A DNA stretch of 56,986 bases from Blastocatellia bacterium (lineage in GTDB: Bacteria; Acidobacteriota; Blastocatellia; RBC074): contig JBJXFM010000096.1 in NCBI GenBank assembly GCA_046155425.1, forward strand, positions 1 through 56,986, written 5' to 3'. Below, piece after piece: positions 42,501-50,769 of this stretch. Position 1 is the first letter of the stretch. Every line of letters starts with the position of its first letter. The notes under the pieces were generated by a model. That model had not been told where the DNA came from and searched no databases. It saw only the letters and a list, made by a program, of their open reading frames with translations. A program made the position numbers and the translations under genes.

Positions 42501-44729
42501 TTACTGAAATTCGACACGGCACATTTCGCCGGCCCTGACCTTTGTGCCCGGAGCGGGGAATTGCCGCACGGCGACACCCGATCCGCTGACGCTGAGCTTG
42601 AGATCCAGACTCGCGCATGCCTGGGCCACCGCGCGCATGCCGCGTCCGCGCAGGTCCGGCATGACCCCCATCGCCGTGGTCGGCGGAATGACCGAAGCCG
42701 CGGGCACTGGCGGCGCGGCGGTCCGCGCCACGGCATTTTCCGCGCCGTTGCGCTCGGGCTTTTTCGGCGCCGGTGTTTCCGCGACGCGCGCCGGGGCTTG
42801 TGTCCTTGCGGGCGACGGCGTGGGGGCCGGCGTGGAGACCGTTGTGTTTGACTTCACCGCGGGCGCCGCTTTGGGCGCGGCGGCAACGGGGCGCGCGGCG
42901 GCGATTTCAGGCATGGTCGCCAGTGGCGCCGTCGTGTCTGTCAGCGACACGGGCGTGCCCGCCGGCGTGGCCTTTTCCTGCATCCGCGCAATCTGGCGGC
43001 GGTATTCCTCGCTGTCCGGCTGCACCAGATGCGCGGCCAGCGCGGCCTCGGCGATTTCTCCGAAAATCGGCGCGGCGACCTGTCCGCCCTGGTGCAGCCC
43101 CACGGGCTCATCCAGCGTGACAATGATCGCGAAACGCGGATTGGTGGCCGGGACGAAACCGGCGAAAGAGGCTACGTACTGCGTGTCGGAATAACCGCCG
43201 GTTTCGAGCACTTTCTGCGCCGTGCCGGTTTTGCCGGCGGCCTTGTATCCGGCGAGGGCGACCTTGCCGCGGGCGGTGCCGCGGGCGACGACGTCCTCGA
43301 GCATGCCAGCCACGGTGCGCGCCGTTTTCTCGCTGATCACCCGCGTGGTCACGGGATTGGCCTGATAGCTGACCTGATTGTCGTCGGTGATCACCTTGCG
43401 GACGATGTGCGGCTGCACGCGGACGCCGCCGTTGGCGATGGTCGCCATCGCGGTCACGGACTGGAGCGCCGTCACGCCGATTTCATGCCCCATGGCGATC
43501 GAGGCGTATGAGCTGCCGTGCCAGTTTTTCAGGGGGTTGAAAATGCCGCTGACTTCGCCCGGCAGATCGACGCCGGTTTTCTGTCCGAAGCCGAAGCGGC
43601 TGACATAATCCGCCAGTTTCGCGCTGGTCAGTTTCTGCGCCAGTTTGATGGCGGCGATGTTCGACGATTTGGCCAGCGCGTCGGCGACGGTCAGCACGCC
43701 GTGCGGATGCGCGTCTTTGATTTCGCGGCCATACAGGGTAATGCGGCCACCCTGGCAATCAATCTTGTCCTCGGATCTGACGAGCCCCTCTTCCAGTACG
43801 CCGGACCAGGTGACGATCTTGAACACCGAGCCGGGCTCGTATACATCGGTGATCGCGCGGTTGCGGCGCACGCGGTCATCTTCCTTGTCGTCGGCGCGGC
43901 GCGGGCGTACGTTCGGGTCGAAATTGGGGGCGTTGGCCATGGCCAGGATTTCGCCCGTGCGCGGATCCAGGACAATCGCCGAGGCCGAGCGTGATTTTGT
44001 CTGCTCGCGGCCGCGGCCGAGGATCGATTCGACCTGGTGCTGGATGGCGGCGTCGATGGTTGTCACGACACGGCCCCCGGCGCCGGCAGGGTTGTCATGG
44101 CGTTCGAGCGGCGCCTGTTTGGCGTCGGTCGTGAAATAAGCCTGACCGGGTTTGCCGCGCAGCTTTTCATCCTGCGTCAGTTCGAGACCGGCCAGCCCCT
44201 TTTCATCGATGTTGACGTAACCGATGAGGTGCGAAGCCAGCGCGCCGTTGGGGTAATACCGCTGCGGTTCCTTGACGACGTGGACACCGGCGAGGTTCGT
44301 CCGCTGCAGGGCGGCGCTGACGGCGTTGGCGGTGTCGAAATCGACCTTGCGGCGCAGCCAGACAAAACGGTTGGTCGCGTCGGTGAGTTTGGCGTACAGA
44401 TCGGTTTCGCGCTCGCCCAGCAGCGGCGCGAGAATGCGCGCCACCTTGCCCGGCTCCTTAACCTCGCGTGTGTACACGAACACGGAATCAGTTTCGGCGC
44501 TGCGGGCGAGTTCCGATCCGTTGCGATCGACAATGACTCCGCGCCGCGGGCTGGTCGAGATGACATCGTTGCGCTGCGCTTCCGAGCGTGCGCGATAGGC
44601 GGGGAAACGCGTCACCTGCAGATAAAACAGACGCCAGCCGATGGCCCCCATCCACAGGGCAAAGAGCACGCCCAGAATGTAAAAGCGGCCTCTGGCGGTT
44701 TTGATAACGAGCGGTTTTTTCTTTGACAT
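42501..44729 (-). CDS. ftsI: Class B penicillin-binding protein FtsI/PBP3 with a P/A/T-rich linker and a C-terminal PASTA domain
   Basis: 742 aa. It has an N-terminal TM and transpeptidase motifs SVFK, SSN and KTGT(A). A low-complexity linker of about 115 aa follows, then PDLRGRGMRAVAQACASLDLKLSVSGSGVAVRQFPAPGTKV (PASTA-like). Confidence 0.93.
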   Translation of the reverse strand: MSKKKPLVIKTARGRFYILGVLFALWMGAIGWRLFYLQVTRFPAYRARSEAQRNDVISTSPRRGVIVDRNGSELARSAETDSVFVYTREVKEPGKVARILAPLLGERETDLYAKLTDATNRFVWLRRKVDFDTANAVSAALQRTNLAGVHVVKEPQRYYPNGALASHLIGYVNIDEKGLAGLELTQDEKLRGKPGQAYFTTDAKQAPLERHDNPAGAGGRVVTTIDAAIQHQVESILGRGREQTKSRSASAIVLDPRTGEILAMANAPNFDPNVRPRRADDKEDDRVRRNRAITDVYEPGSVFKIVTWSGVLEEGLVRSEDKIDCQGGRITLYGREIKDAHPHGVLTVADALAKSSNIAAIKLAQKLTSAKLADYVSRFGFGQKTGVDLPGEVSGIFNPLKNWHGSSYASIAMGHEIGVTALQSVTAMATIANGGVRVQPHIVRKVITDDNQVSYQANPVTTRVISEKTARTVAGMLEDVVARGTARGKVALAGYKAAGKTGTAQKVLETGGYSDTQYVASFAGFVPATNPRFAIIVTLDEPVGLHQGGQVAAPIFGEIAEAALAAHLVQPDSEEYRRQIARMQEKATPAGTPVSLTDTTAPLATMPEIAAARPVAAAPKAAPAVKSNTTVSTPAPTPSPARTQAPARVAETPAPKKPERNGAENAVARTAAPPVPAASVIPPTTAMGVMPDLRGRGMRAVAQACASLDLKLSVSGSGVAVRQFPAPGTKVRAGEMCRVEFQ

Positions 44730-44790
44730 AGTCGCACCCGGGGTTTTTCAGCCGGCGATCATCGCCGGGCATGCGAACGAACTCGGACGC

Positions 44791-45531
44791 TCAACCGGTC
44801 CTGCGCGTTGTCTGCTTTCCTGTTTTCGCGGCGGGGACCGGCGCGGGCTTCGCTACGGGTTTTTTCGCGGCGGCGGGGGAAATGATCGCGTGATCCAGCT
44901 GCATCGGGGCCAGACCGCTGCTCGCCTGGCGCTGTTCCAGCCGCGCGGGGCTCGCGGCGCGCCCATAGCGGACTTCGAGTTCCTGGCGCTCGACGGCGGC
45001 CTGATCCAGCTCCCCAAGCAGGCGCACCTCGTCGCGTTGCAGGGCGCGGGCGCTGAAATTCTGGCTCAGGCCATACAGAAAACCCGCGCCGATCAGCACG
45101 CCGCAACAGATCATCAGGGGCATCAGCGCGAAACGCTCGCGGCCTGCTTCCTGTTCTTCCCGCGCCTCGGTGTGCGCGCCGAGTGAGGCGGCGGACACAC
45201 CATCGCGGCGCAGACCGCGTCCCACGTTTTTCGCGTAATCGCGGGCGTAATCCCGGACCAGAGTCCCGGCCTGAAAATTCTCCGGCAGGATATTCAGCGC
45301 CGGGAACCTGATCTCGGGCATGTTTTTCGGCAATAGTCTTTCGGGGACCAGCCCTTGCAGGCGCCGGCCCATGGCTCCCCAGTCAAACTCTCCGGTTTGC
45401 GGGCTTTGCCGCCGGACGTTGCGGGGGCGTTCCGGCGACAACCAGCTGCCATTCGTCCGCGCGGGGCGGCGCGGACGCCGGACGATGGGGCCATTTTGTA
45501 TGGCGGGGCGATATCGTACGTTTGTGCTCAT
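44791..45531 (-). CDS. ftsL: FtsL-like cell division protein (long N-terminal extension)
   Basis: It has a single TM (LMPLMICCGVLIGAGFLYGL) followed by a coiled-coil-like LQRDEVRLLGELDQAAVERQELEV. It sits at the syntenic position between rsmH and ftsI. The alternative start at ATG 45123 would give a canonical 110-aa FtsL. Confidence 0.55.
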   Translation of the reverse strand: MSTNVRYRPAIQNGPIVRRPRRPARTNGSWLSPERPRNVRRQSPQTGEFDWGAMGRRLQGLVPERLLPKNMPEIRFPALNILPENFQAGTLVRDYARDYAKNVGRGLRRDGVSAASLGAHTEAREEQEAGRERFALMPLMICCGVLIGAGFLYGLSQNFSARALQRDEVRLLGELDQAAVERQELEVRYGRAASPARLEQRQASSGLAPMQLDHAIISPAAAKKPVAKPAPVPAAKTGKQTTRRTG

Positions 45532-45534
45532 AAA

Positions 45535-45640
45535 TCAGTGGCCGGTAGAAAGTGGTGAGTTGTACGTTTCCTGGTTTCTGGTTGTGAACAAAATTGCCTG
45601 ATCAAAAACTGACCACTGGCCACTGGCCACTGGTCACTTG
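45535..45640. repeat. Heptad-periodic inverted-repeat element E (GTGGCCA type)
   Basis: The left arm 45535-45562 (TCAGTGGCCGGTAGAAAGTGGTGAGTTG) is homologous to the left arm of element C. The right arm 45609-45640 reads CTGACCA CTGGCCA CTGGCCA CTGGTCA CTTG. The arms are only partly complementary, with 8-bp perfect blocks. Confidence 0.8.
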
Positions 45641-45644
45641 TCTT

Positions 45645-46640
45645 TCACTGCGTTTTTTGCGCCGCCCGCAATTTCGCGCTGCGGGCGCGCGGGTTGCCGG
45701 CGATTTCCGCCTCGGACGGCGTGACGGCGCGGCGTGTCAGGATTTCCACCCGCTTTGTCGCGCCGCAGCCGCACACGGGCATTGCGGGCGGGCATATGCA
45801 CTGGCCGGCCGCGCGGCGCAGCGCCTGCTTGACGGGGCGGTCTTCCAGCGAATGAAAGGTGATGATCACCAGGCGTCCGCCAGGTTCGAGCATGCCGACC
45901 GCGTCGGCGACGAATGTGTCCAGGTTGTCAAGCTCACGGTTGACCGCGATGCGCAGGGCCTGAAAGGTCCGTGTCGCCGGGTGGATCCGGTCACGCGTGC
46001 GATCCCGCGCGGGCGCGGCCTTCAGAATCAGCCGGACCAGCTGCGCGGTGGTTTCAATCGGGGCAGCGGCGCGGGCGGCGGCAATCTGCCGGGCGATCCG
46101 GCGGGCCGCGGGCTCTTCGCCGAATTCGTAAATCAGGTCGGCCAGTTCCCGCTCGCCCAGCTGATTGACCAGGTCGGAGGCCGTCTGTCCCTGGCTGCGA
46201 TCCATGCGCATGTCCAGGCGCATGTCCAGGCGCATGTCCAGTGGCACATCCGGCTGTCCCGCTTCCGTCCGGAAACTAAAGCCGCGTTCCGGTGTGTCGA
46301 ACTGATATGACGACACACCCAGATCAGCCAGCACGCCGGAAACAGCACTGATTCCCCGATCACCCAACGCCGTTTTGAGATGGCGGTAATCCGTATGTAT
46401 GGCAGTAAACCGCTGCCCGAATTCTGACAGCTTTACCCGGGCGATTTCAATCGCTTCGCGGTCACGATCGAATCCGATCACGCGATTGCCCGGCGCGGCC
46501 CGCAAAATCGCCGCCGTATGCCCGCCCATACCCAGCGTCGCGTCGATAAACAACCTGTCAAAGACCTCATTTCCGGCTTCCGTCCCGGGACCGGCCGACA
46601 GATACGCAATTGATTCCGTCAGCAGGACCGGCTGGTGCAT
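45645..46640 (-). CDS. rsmH: 16S rRNA (cytosine1402-N4)-methyltransferase
   Basis: It has [15 protein letters not shown], and PLDMR...MD motifs. I prefer the start at ATG 46640, which is preceded by GAGAGGAAACA. The track start is 46658. Confidence 0.93.
   Translation of the reverse strand: MHQPVLLTESIAYLSAGPGTEAGNEVFDRLFIDATLGMGGHTAAILRAAPGNRVIGFDRDREAIEIARVKLSEFGQRFTAIHTDYRHLKTALGDRGISAVSGVLADLGVSSYQFDTPERGFSFRTEAGQPDVPLDMRLDMRLDMRMDRSQGQTASDLVNQLGERELADLIYEFGEEPAARRIARQIAAARAAAPIETTAQLVRLILKAAPARDRTRDRIHPATRTFQALRIAVNRELDNLDTFVADAVGMLEPGGRLVIITFHSLEDRPVKQALRRAAGQCICPPAMPVCGCGATKRVEILTRRAVTPSEAEIAGNPRARSAKLRAAQKTQ
46206..46241. repeat. Perfect 3 x 12-bp tandem repeat (GCGCATGTCCAG) inside rsmH
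   Basis: Read directly. On the coding strand it encodes [12 protein letters not shown], followed by MD. Confidence 0.95.
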
Positions 46641-46736
46641 TGTTTCCTCTCGGGGCATGAAAAAATGTTGTCTGTTTTTTCATGCGGCTGGCCAGGGGCG
46701 CGGGGGACATGGTGAAAAATCCTGTCCGCCGCGCCG

Positions 46737-47192
46737 TCATACTTCCGCTCTGGAAAGACGCAGGGCGTCCTCCAGGGTAAAGGGCTGTTCGACGAGGCGG
46801 ACCTGGCGGAACTTTTCCGAACTCCAGACCTCCATATAGGTCAGATGCCCGAGCACGGTGACCTCGTCGGCTAAATTGGCTACGTTGCGTAACATCTGGT
46901 GTATCAACAACCTGCCCTGGGGATCGCACTGCTGTATCTGGCCGAAATAACTGGTGCGGTCCAGAAACCGGCGGTGCGGAGAATCGACCAGCGGGAATCC
47001 GGCCAGGCGATTTTCAATCGCCTCCCATTCCGGCATGGGATAGATCCAGGCATACTCGCCGGTCAGGCTGGTCACGAAAAAATCCTGGGCGCGGTATTTC
47101 TGCCCGAGAACACGCTTGAAATCAGCGGGAATCTTGAGCCGTCCTTTTTCGTCGATACGGGCGCTGTAACTTCCACGGAGCATGGACATCAT
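46737..47192 (-). CDS. mraZ: Transcriptional regulator MraZ
   Basis: 151 aa. It has two SpoVT/AbrB-like repeats with the (D/E)xKGR(L)xIP pattern (IDEKGRLKIP, DPQGRLLIH). The start may be a few codons downstream (MLRGSY). Confidence 0.93.
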   Translation of the reverse strand: MMSMLRGSYSARIDEKGRLKIPADFKRVLGQKYRAQDFFVTSLTGEYAWIYPMPEWEAIENRLAGFPLVDSPHRRFLDRTSYFGQIQQCDPQGRLLIHQMLRNVANLADEVTVLGHLTYMEVWSSEKFRQVRLVEQPFTLEDALRLSRAEV

Positions 47193-47390
47193 TACAGTTG
47201 GCCGCCTGCCGCGGCCCTTCCTTCCTTCACCTGTGAATCGTTATTAATGTAAGAACCTGGCGGGGGGCAGTCCGGCGCGCCCATCCCCTGCTCGGGGCAT
47301 CTTTTTTAATCCGGTTAATCTAATGCTTAAGAATGAGCGCAGTACTTCACGTGGTTTCTCGGCTACACGCTCTAAAACCTTTATTTCAGA

Positions 47391-47415
47391 CCACTTTGTG
47401 CCACTGCTTTCCACT
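47391..47415 (-). promoter_or_regulatory. MraZ operator: three direct AGTGG repeats at exact 10-bp spacing
   Basis: The minus strand reads AGTGGaaagcAGTGGcacaaAGTGGtctg. On the plus strand CCACT occurs at 47391, 47401 and 47411. The array lies about 200 nt upstream of mraZ and just downstream of the candidate -10. Confidence 0.7.
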
Positions 47416-47425
47416 GACGAGCGGA

Positions 47426-47454
47426 ATCGTAAAGCAGCGCTATCTATCTGTCAA
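47426..47454 (-). promoter_or_regulatory. Candidate dcw (Pmra) sigma70-type promoter
   Basis: The minus strand reads TTGACA (47449-47454), then 17 nt, then TACGAT (47426-47431). It is immediately upstream of the MraZ repeats. Confidence 0.5.
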
Positions 47455-47686
47455 GTGATTTTTTAGCTCGGGTGAGATTATTTTTCACTTCAGGTATTGG
47501 TATCTAACTCATTGAAATGATTGCAGTAGCTTTATAGGTTCCAGGAAGGCTCCCGGACCGTGACCGGCCACCTGGCGGGGGGGAAGAGGGAAAAGCCCAG
47601 CGTCTGGTTGTGTTTAGCTGTGCCGGACGTTATATTGCCGTTTGCCTTATCATCCCGTCATGATCATATTAATTCCGCATCATTAA

Positions 47687-48442
47687 TTGAGAGGAATGGC
47701 CCCGATTCTTCAACAGGCGACCTATGGGCTGCTGGCCGCGGCCGGAAATCTGCTGGGTGGCTGGCTGGTCGTTCGCGCCAGGCCGGACAGGCACGCGCGT
47801 CTGAAGTATCTGGTCGCGCTGGGCGCCGGGTTCATGCTCGCTGCCGTCCTCGTCGAGGTCATCCCGGTCATGCTGGATAGCGGACGCGCGAACGCGGCGA
47901 TGGGCATGACGTGGCTGCTGGCCGGATATCTATTAATACAACTGGTCGAGCATACGGTCGCGCCGCACTTTCACTTCGGCGAGGAAACGCACAAGGAAAT
48001 CCTCGAGGAAGGCGCCGCCACGACCGCCGTGATCGCGCTGTTTGTGCATGCTTTTTTTGACGGCGTGACCATCGCCTCGGGGCTGCTGACCGAGCGGCGG
48101 CTGGGGTTGTTGCTGTTCGTCGCCGTGATTCTGCACAAGATTCCCGAGGGATTCACCGCCGCCTCGATCATGCTGGCCTCGGGGCATACGCCAGGGGCAG
48201 CCCTGCGCGCCGCCGGTTTGATCGGCCTGGCGACCGTCGCCGGCGCGCTGTCGATTTCCGTGATATCCGTCCCCGCCCAGGCCGCCCTCGCCCTCTCGGC
48301 GGGCGTAACTTTATACGTAGCTGCTTCCGACCTCATCCCGGAAGTCAATCGCGAGGGCGGCGCGCGCGCCTCGCTGATGGTGTTCGCCGGTGTCGCGCTG
48401 TTTTATCTGACACACCTGTTGCTGCACGCGGCGATTGAATAG
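47687..48442 (+). CDS. ZIP family metal (zinc/iron) transporter
   Basis: 251 aa and polytopic. It has the HKIPEGF motif and a His/Glu-containing loop (HFHFGEETHKE). The start is ambiguous between TTG 47687 and ATG 47696. Confidence 0.85.
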   Translation: MRGMAPILQQATYGLLAAAGNLLGGWLVVRARPDRHARLKYLVALGAGFMLAAVLVEVIPVMLDSGRANAAMGMTWLLAGYLLIQLVEHTVAPHFHFGEETHKEILEEGAATTAVIALFVHAFFDGVTIASGLLTERRLGLLLFVAVILHKIPEGFTAASIMLASGHTPGAALRAAGLIGLATVAGALSISVISVPAQAALALSAGVTLYVAASDLIPEVNREGGARASLMVFAGVALFYLTHLLLHAAIE

Positions 48443-48454
48443 GTTGAATGGAAA

Positions 48455-48585
48455 GTAGACAGTAGACGGTAGACAGTAGTTCTGAACCAGGCGGCCTGTA
48501 TGTTCCGGAGCCTGTCTTTATTGAAGTTCATGAATCGGCACATCGGAGTTTAATCAACAACGACCGACTACCGTCTACCGGCTAC
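48455..48585. repeat. Heptad-periodic inverted-repeat element F (GTAGACA/GTAGACG type)
   Basis: The left arm 48455-48479 reads GTAGACA GTAGACG GTAGACA GTAG. The right arm 48561-48585 (CGACCGACTACCGTCTACCGGCTAC) is the reverse complement of GTAGCCG GTAGACG GTAGTCG GTCG. 48462-48472 is the perfect reverse complement of 48568-48578 (11 bp), with a 95-nt loop. The element fills the spacer upstream of jetA. Confidence 0.85.
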
Positions 48586-48606
48586 GCTCTGCTGACGTCT
48601 GGCGCC

Positions 48607-50061
48607 ATGACTCTTGATTTCGCCACTCTTGATAACCTTCGCGCTCACCATCCCGCGTGGCGTTTGCTGCGTTCCGACCACGCGCCGCTGGTCGCGAGTT
48701 TTCTGCATCGTGTGTTCGTCGCGCCCAATGTACGGGTGATGGCGGCGACGGACCTTGCCGAAGCCCTCGAGGATGAGTTGTATGCGCTGCGCGAGCAGCT
48801 GGGCGCAAACGCCTTTCCCAGAACCGCCGCTGAATATCTCAACGACTGGGCCACGCCGGATAAGGGCTGGCTGCGCAAGTTTTATCGCACGGGCGCCGAT
48901 GAAGCGCAGTTTGACCTGACGCCGGCGACCGAGAAGGCCATCGCCTGGCTGGCGCAGCTGGCCGAGCGGCAGTTCGTTGGCACGGAATCCCGCCTGCTGA
49001 CGCTGTTCGACCTGCTCCGGCAGATGAGCGAGGGCAGCGAAGCTGACCCGGCGCGGCGCGTGGCCGAGTTACAGAAAAAACGCGCCGAGATCGACGCCGA
49101 GATCGCCCGTGTGTTGTCGGGCGATGTGCCGCTGCTGGACGACACGGGGCTGAAGGACCGTTTTCAGCAATTCATGCAGGGCGCGCGCGAGTTGCTCGCC
49201 GATTTCCGCGAGGTCGAGCACAACTTTCGCCTGCTTGACCGGCGTGTGCGCGAGCGCATCGCCCTGTGGGAAGGCGGCAAGGGCGCGTTGCTGGAAGAGA
49301 TCATGGGCGAGCGCGACGCCATCGCCGATTCCGACCAGGGCCGCAGCTTTCGCGCCTTCTGGGATTTCCTGTTGTCCAGCCGCCGCCAGGAAGAGCTTTC
49401 CGCCCTGCTCGACCGCGTTCTCGCGCTGCCCCCCGTCCACGAGCTGAAACCCGACGTCCGCATGCGGCGCGTGCACTATGACTGGATCGACGCCGGCGAG
49501 CATACACAACGCATGGTGGCGCAGCTGTCACAACAACTGCGGCGTTTTCTGGACGATCAGGCATGGCTGGAAAACCGCCGCATCATGGACATTCTGCACG
49601 GCATCGAGAGCAAGGCGCTGGCGTTGCGTGGCGCGCCGCCGGCCGGCCCCGTCATGGAGATGGCCGAGCCCCGGGCGGAGATTGCCCTGATTATGGAACG
49701 GCCGCTGTTCACCCCGGCGGCGAGGCCGGTCATCGCCGACTTTCTGTTGCAGCCAGGCGAAGAGGATATCGACGCGCAGGCGCTGTTCGAGCAGGTCGTC
49801 GTGGACAATGCCCGGCTGCTGCGCCACATCCGCCATGCCCTGCGGGACAGGGCGCAGATCACACTTTGCGAGCTGGTAGCCACGCAGCCGCTGGAACACG
49901 GCCTGGCCGAGCTGGTGGCGTATCTGCAACTGGGCGCCGAGGTATTCCACGCCGTCGTGGACGAGGACACGCCCGAACCCGTGCGCTGGCAGGCCTTGAC
50001 CGCCGATGGCGCGGTCGTGACGCGTGGCGCCAGCCTGCCAAGGGTGATTTTCATGCGCTGA
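48607..50061 (+). CDS. jetA: Wadjet JetA (DUF3375-type, kleisin-like subunit)
   Basis: 484 aa. The N-terminus LDNLRAHHPAWRLLRSDHAPLVASFLHRVF is the pattern I associate with DUF3375/JetA. It is the first gene of a four-gene operon with the JetABCD size pattern. Confidence 0.85.
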   Translation: MTLDFATLDNLRAHHPAWRLLRSDHAPLVASFLHRVFVAPNVRVMAATDLAEALEDELYALREQLGANAFPRTAAEYLNDWATPDKGWLRKFYRTGADEAQFDLTPATEKAIAWLAQLAERQFVGTESRLLTLFDLLRQMSEGSEADPARRVAELQKKRAEIDAEIARVLSGDVPLLDDTGLKDRFQQFMQGARELLADFREVEHNFRLLDRRVRERIALWEGGKGALLEEIMGERDAIADSDQGRSFRAFWDFLLSSRRQEELSALLDRVLALPPVHELKPDVRMRRVHYDWIDAGEHTQRMVAQLSQQLRRFLDDQAWLENRRIMDILHGIESKALALRGAPPAGPVMEMAEPRAEIALIMERPLFTPAARPVIADFLLQPGEEDIDAQALFEQVVVDNARLLRHIRHALRDRAQITLCELVATQPLEHGLAELVAYLQLGAEVFHAVVDEDTPEPVRWQALTADGAVVTRGASLPRVIFMR

Positions 50062-50088
50062 GAAACAGCGACAGGATCGAGGTCAGTC

Positions 50089-50769
50089 ATGGAAAACGAA
50101 CAGCAAAGAACGGAAATGGCCGCAACGCCCGCCGCCGAGTTGTCCGCGCTGCTGATCGGCCTGCTCAAAGGTGTGCAGTATCGCGAGGCCGACGAGCGCC
50201 TCTGGGACGCGCTGTTGCGGTGGCAGACGCAGGTACGCGGGCACGCCGGCGTGCTGAACCTCGATCTGATCCTCGATGAAGCCGAGGGATATGCCTTTTT
50301 CAAAAACCGCCCCGAACCCACGGCCGATGACCCGGCGCCGCGTTTGCCACGGCTGGTGGCGCGCCGGCCACTGGCGTATCCGGTGAGCCTGTTGCTGGCG
50401 CTGTTGCGCCGGAAACTGGCCGAATTCGACGCGGGCGGCGGCGATACACGGCTGGTGCTGAGCCGCGACGACATTGTCGAGCTGGTGCGTGTTTTCCTGC
50501 CCGCCGGACCCAACGAGGTCAGGCTGGTTGACCAGATCGAGAGCACGATCAACAAAGTGGAGGAACTGGGATTTCTGCGCCGCCTGAAGCCGGGCGGCGG
50601 CAGCGCATCCGGCGGACAGGCCAGCTACGAGGTGCGGCGCATCCTCAGGGCTTTTGTCGATGCGCAATGGCTGGCGGAATTCGATGCGCGTCTGGAGGTG
50701 TATCGCACATACCAGCCAGCGCGCATGGCGGATGCGGACGGCGCGCGGGAGGAACAGGCGCATGAATGA
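50089..50769 (+). CDS. jetB: Wadjet JetB (DUF4194-type, KITE-like subunit)
   Basis: 226 aa. [49 protein letters not shown] is typical of DUF4194 (from memory). An SD-like AGGATCGAGG lies upstream. Confidence 0.85.
   Translation: MENEQQRTEMAATPAAELSALLIGLLKGVQYREADERLWDALLRWQTQVRGHAGVLNLDLILDEAEGYAFFKNRPEPTADDPAPRLPRLVARRPLAYPVSLLLALLRRKLAEFDAGGGDTRLVLSRDDIVELVRVFLPAGPNEVRLVDQIESTINKVEELGFLRRLKPGGGSASGGQASYEVRRILRAFVDAQWLAEFDARLEVYRTYQPARMADADGAREEQAHE

Noticed and set aside
47509-47520. The short palindromes TCATTGAAATGA and ATGATCAT (47660-47667) upstream of the ZIP transporter, as possible Zur/Fur boxes.
   Set aside because: They are too short and too far from any consensus I can recall. 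The region is also shared with the mraZ promoter. The sequence alone does not support the call.
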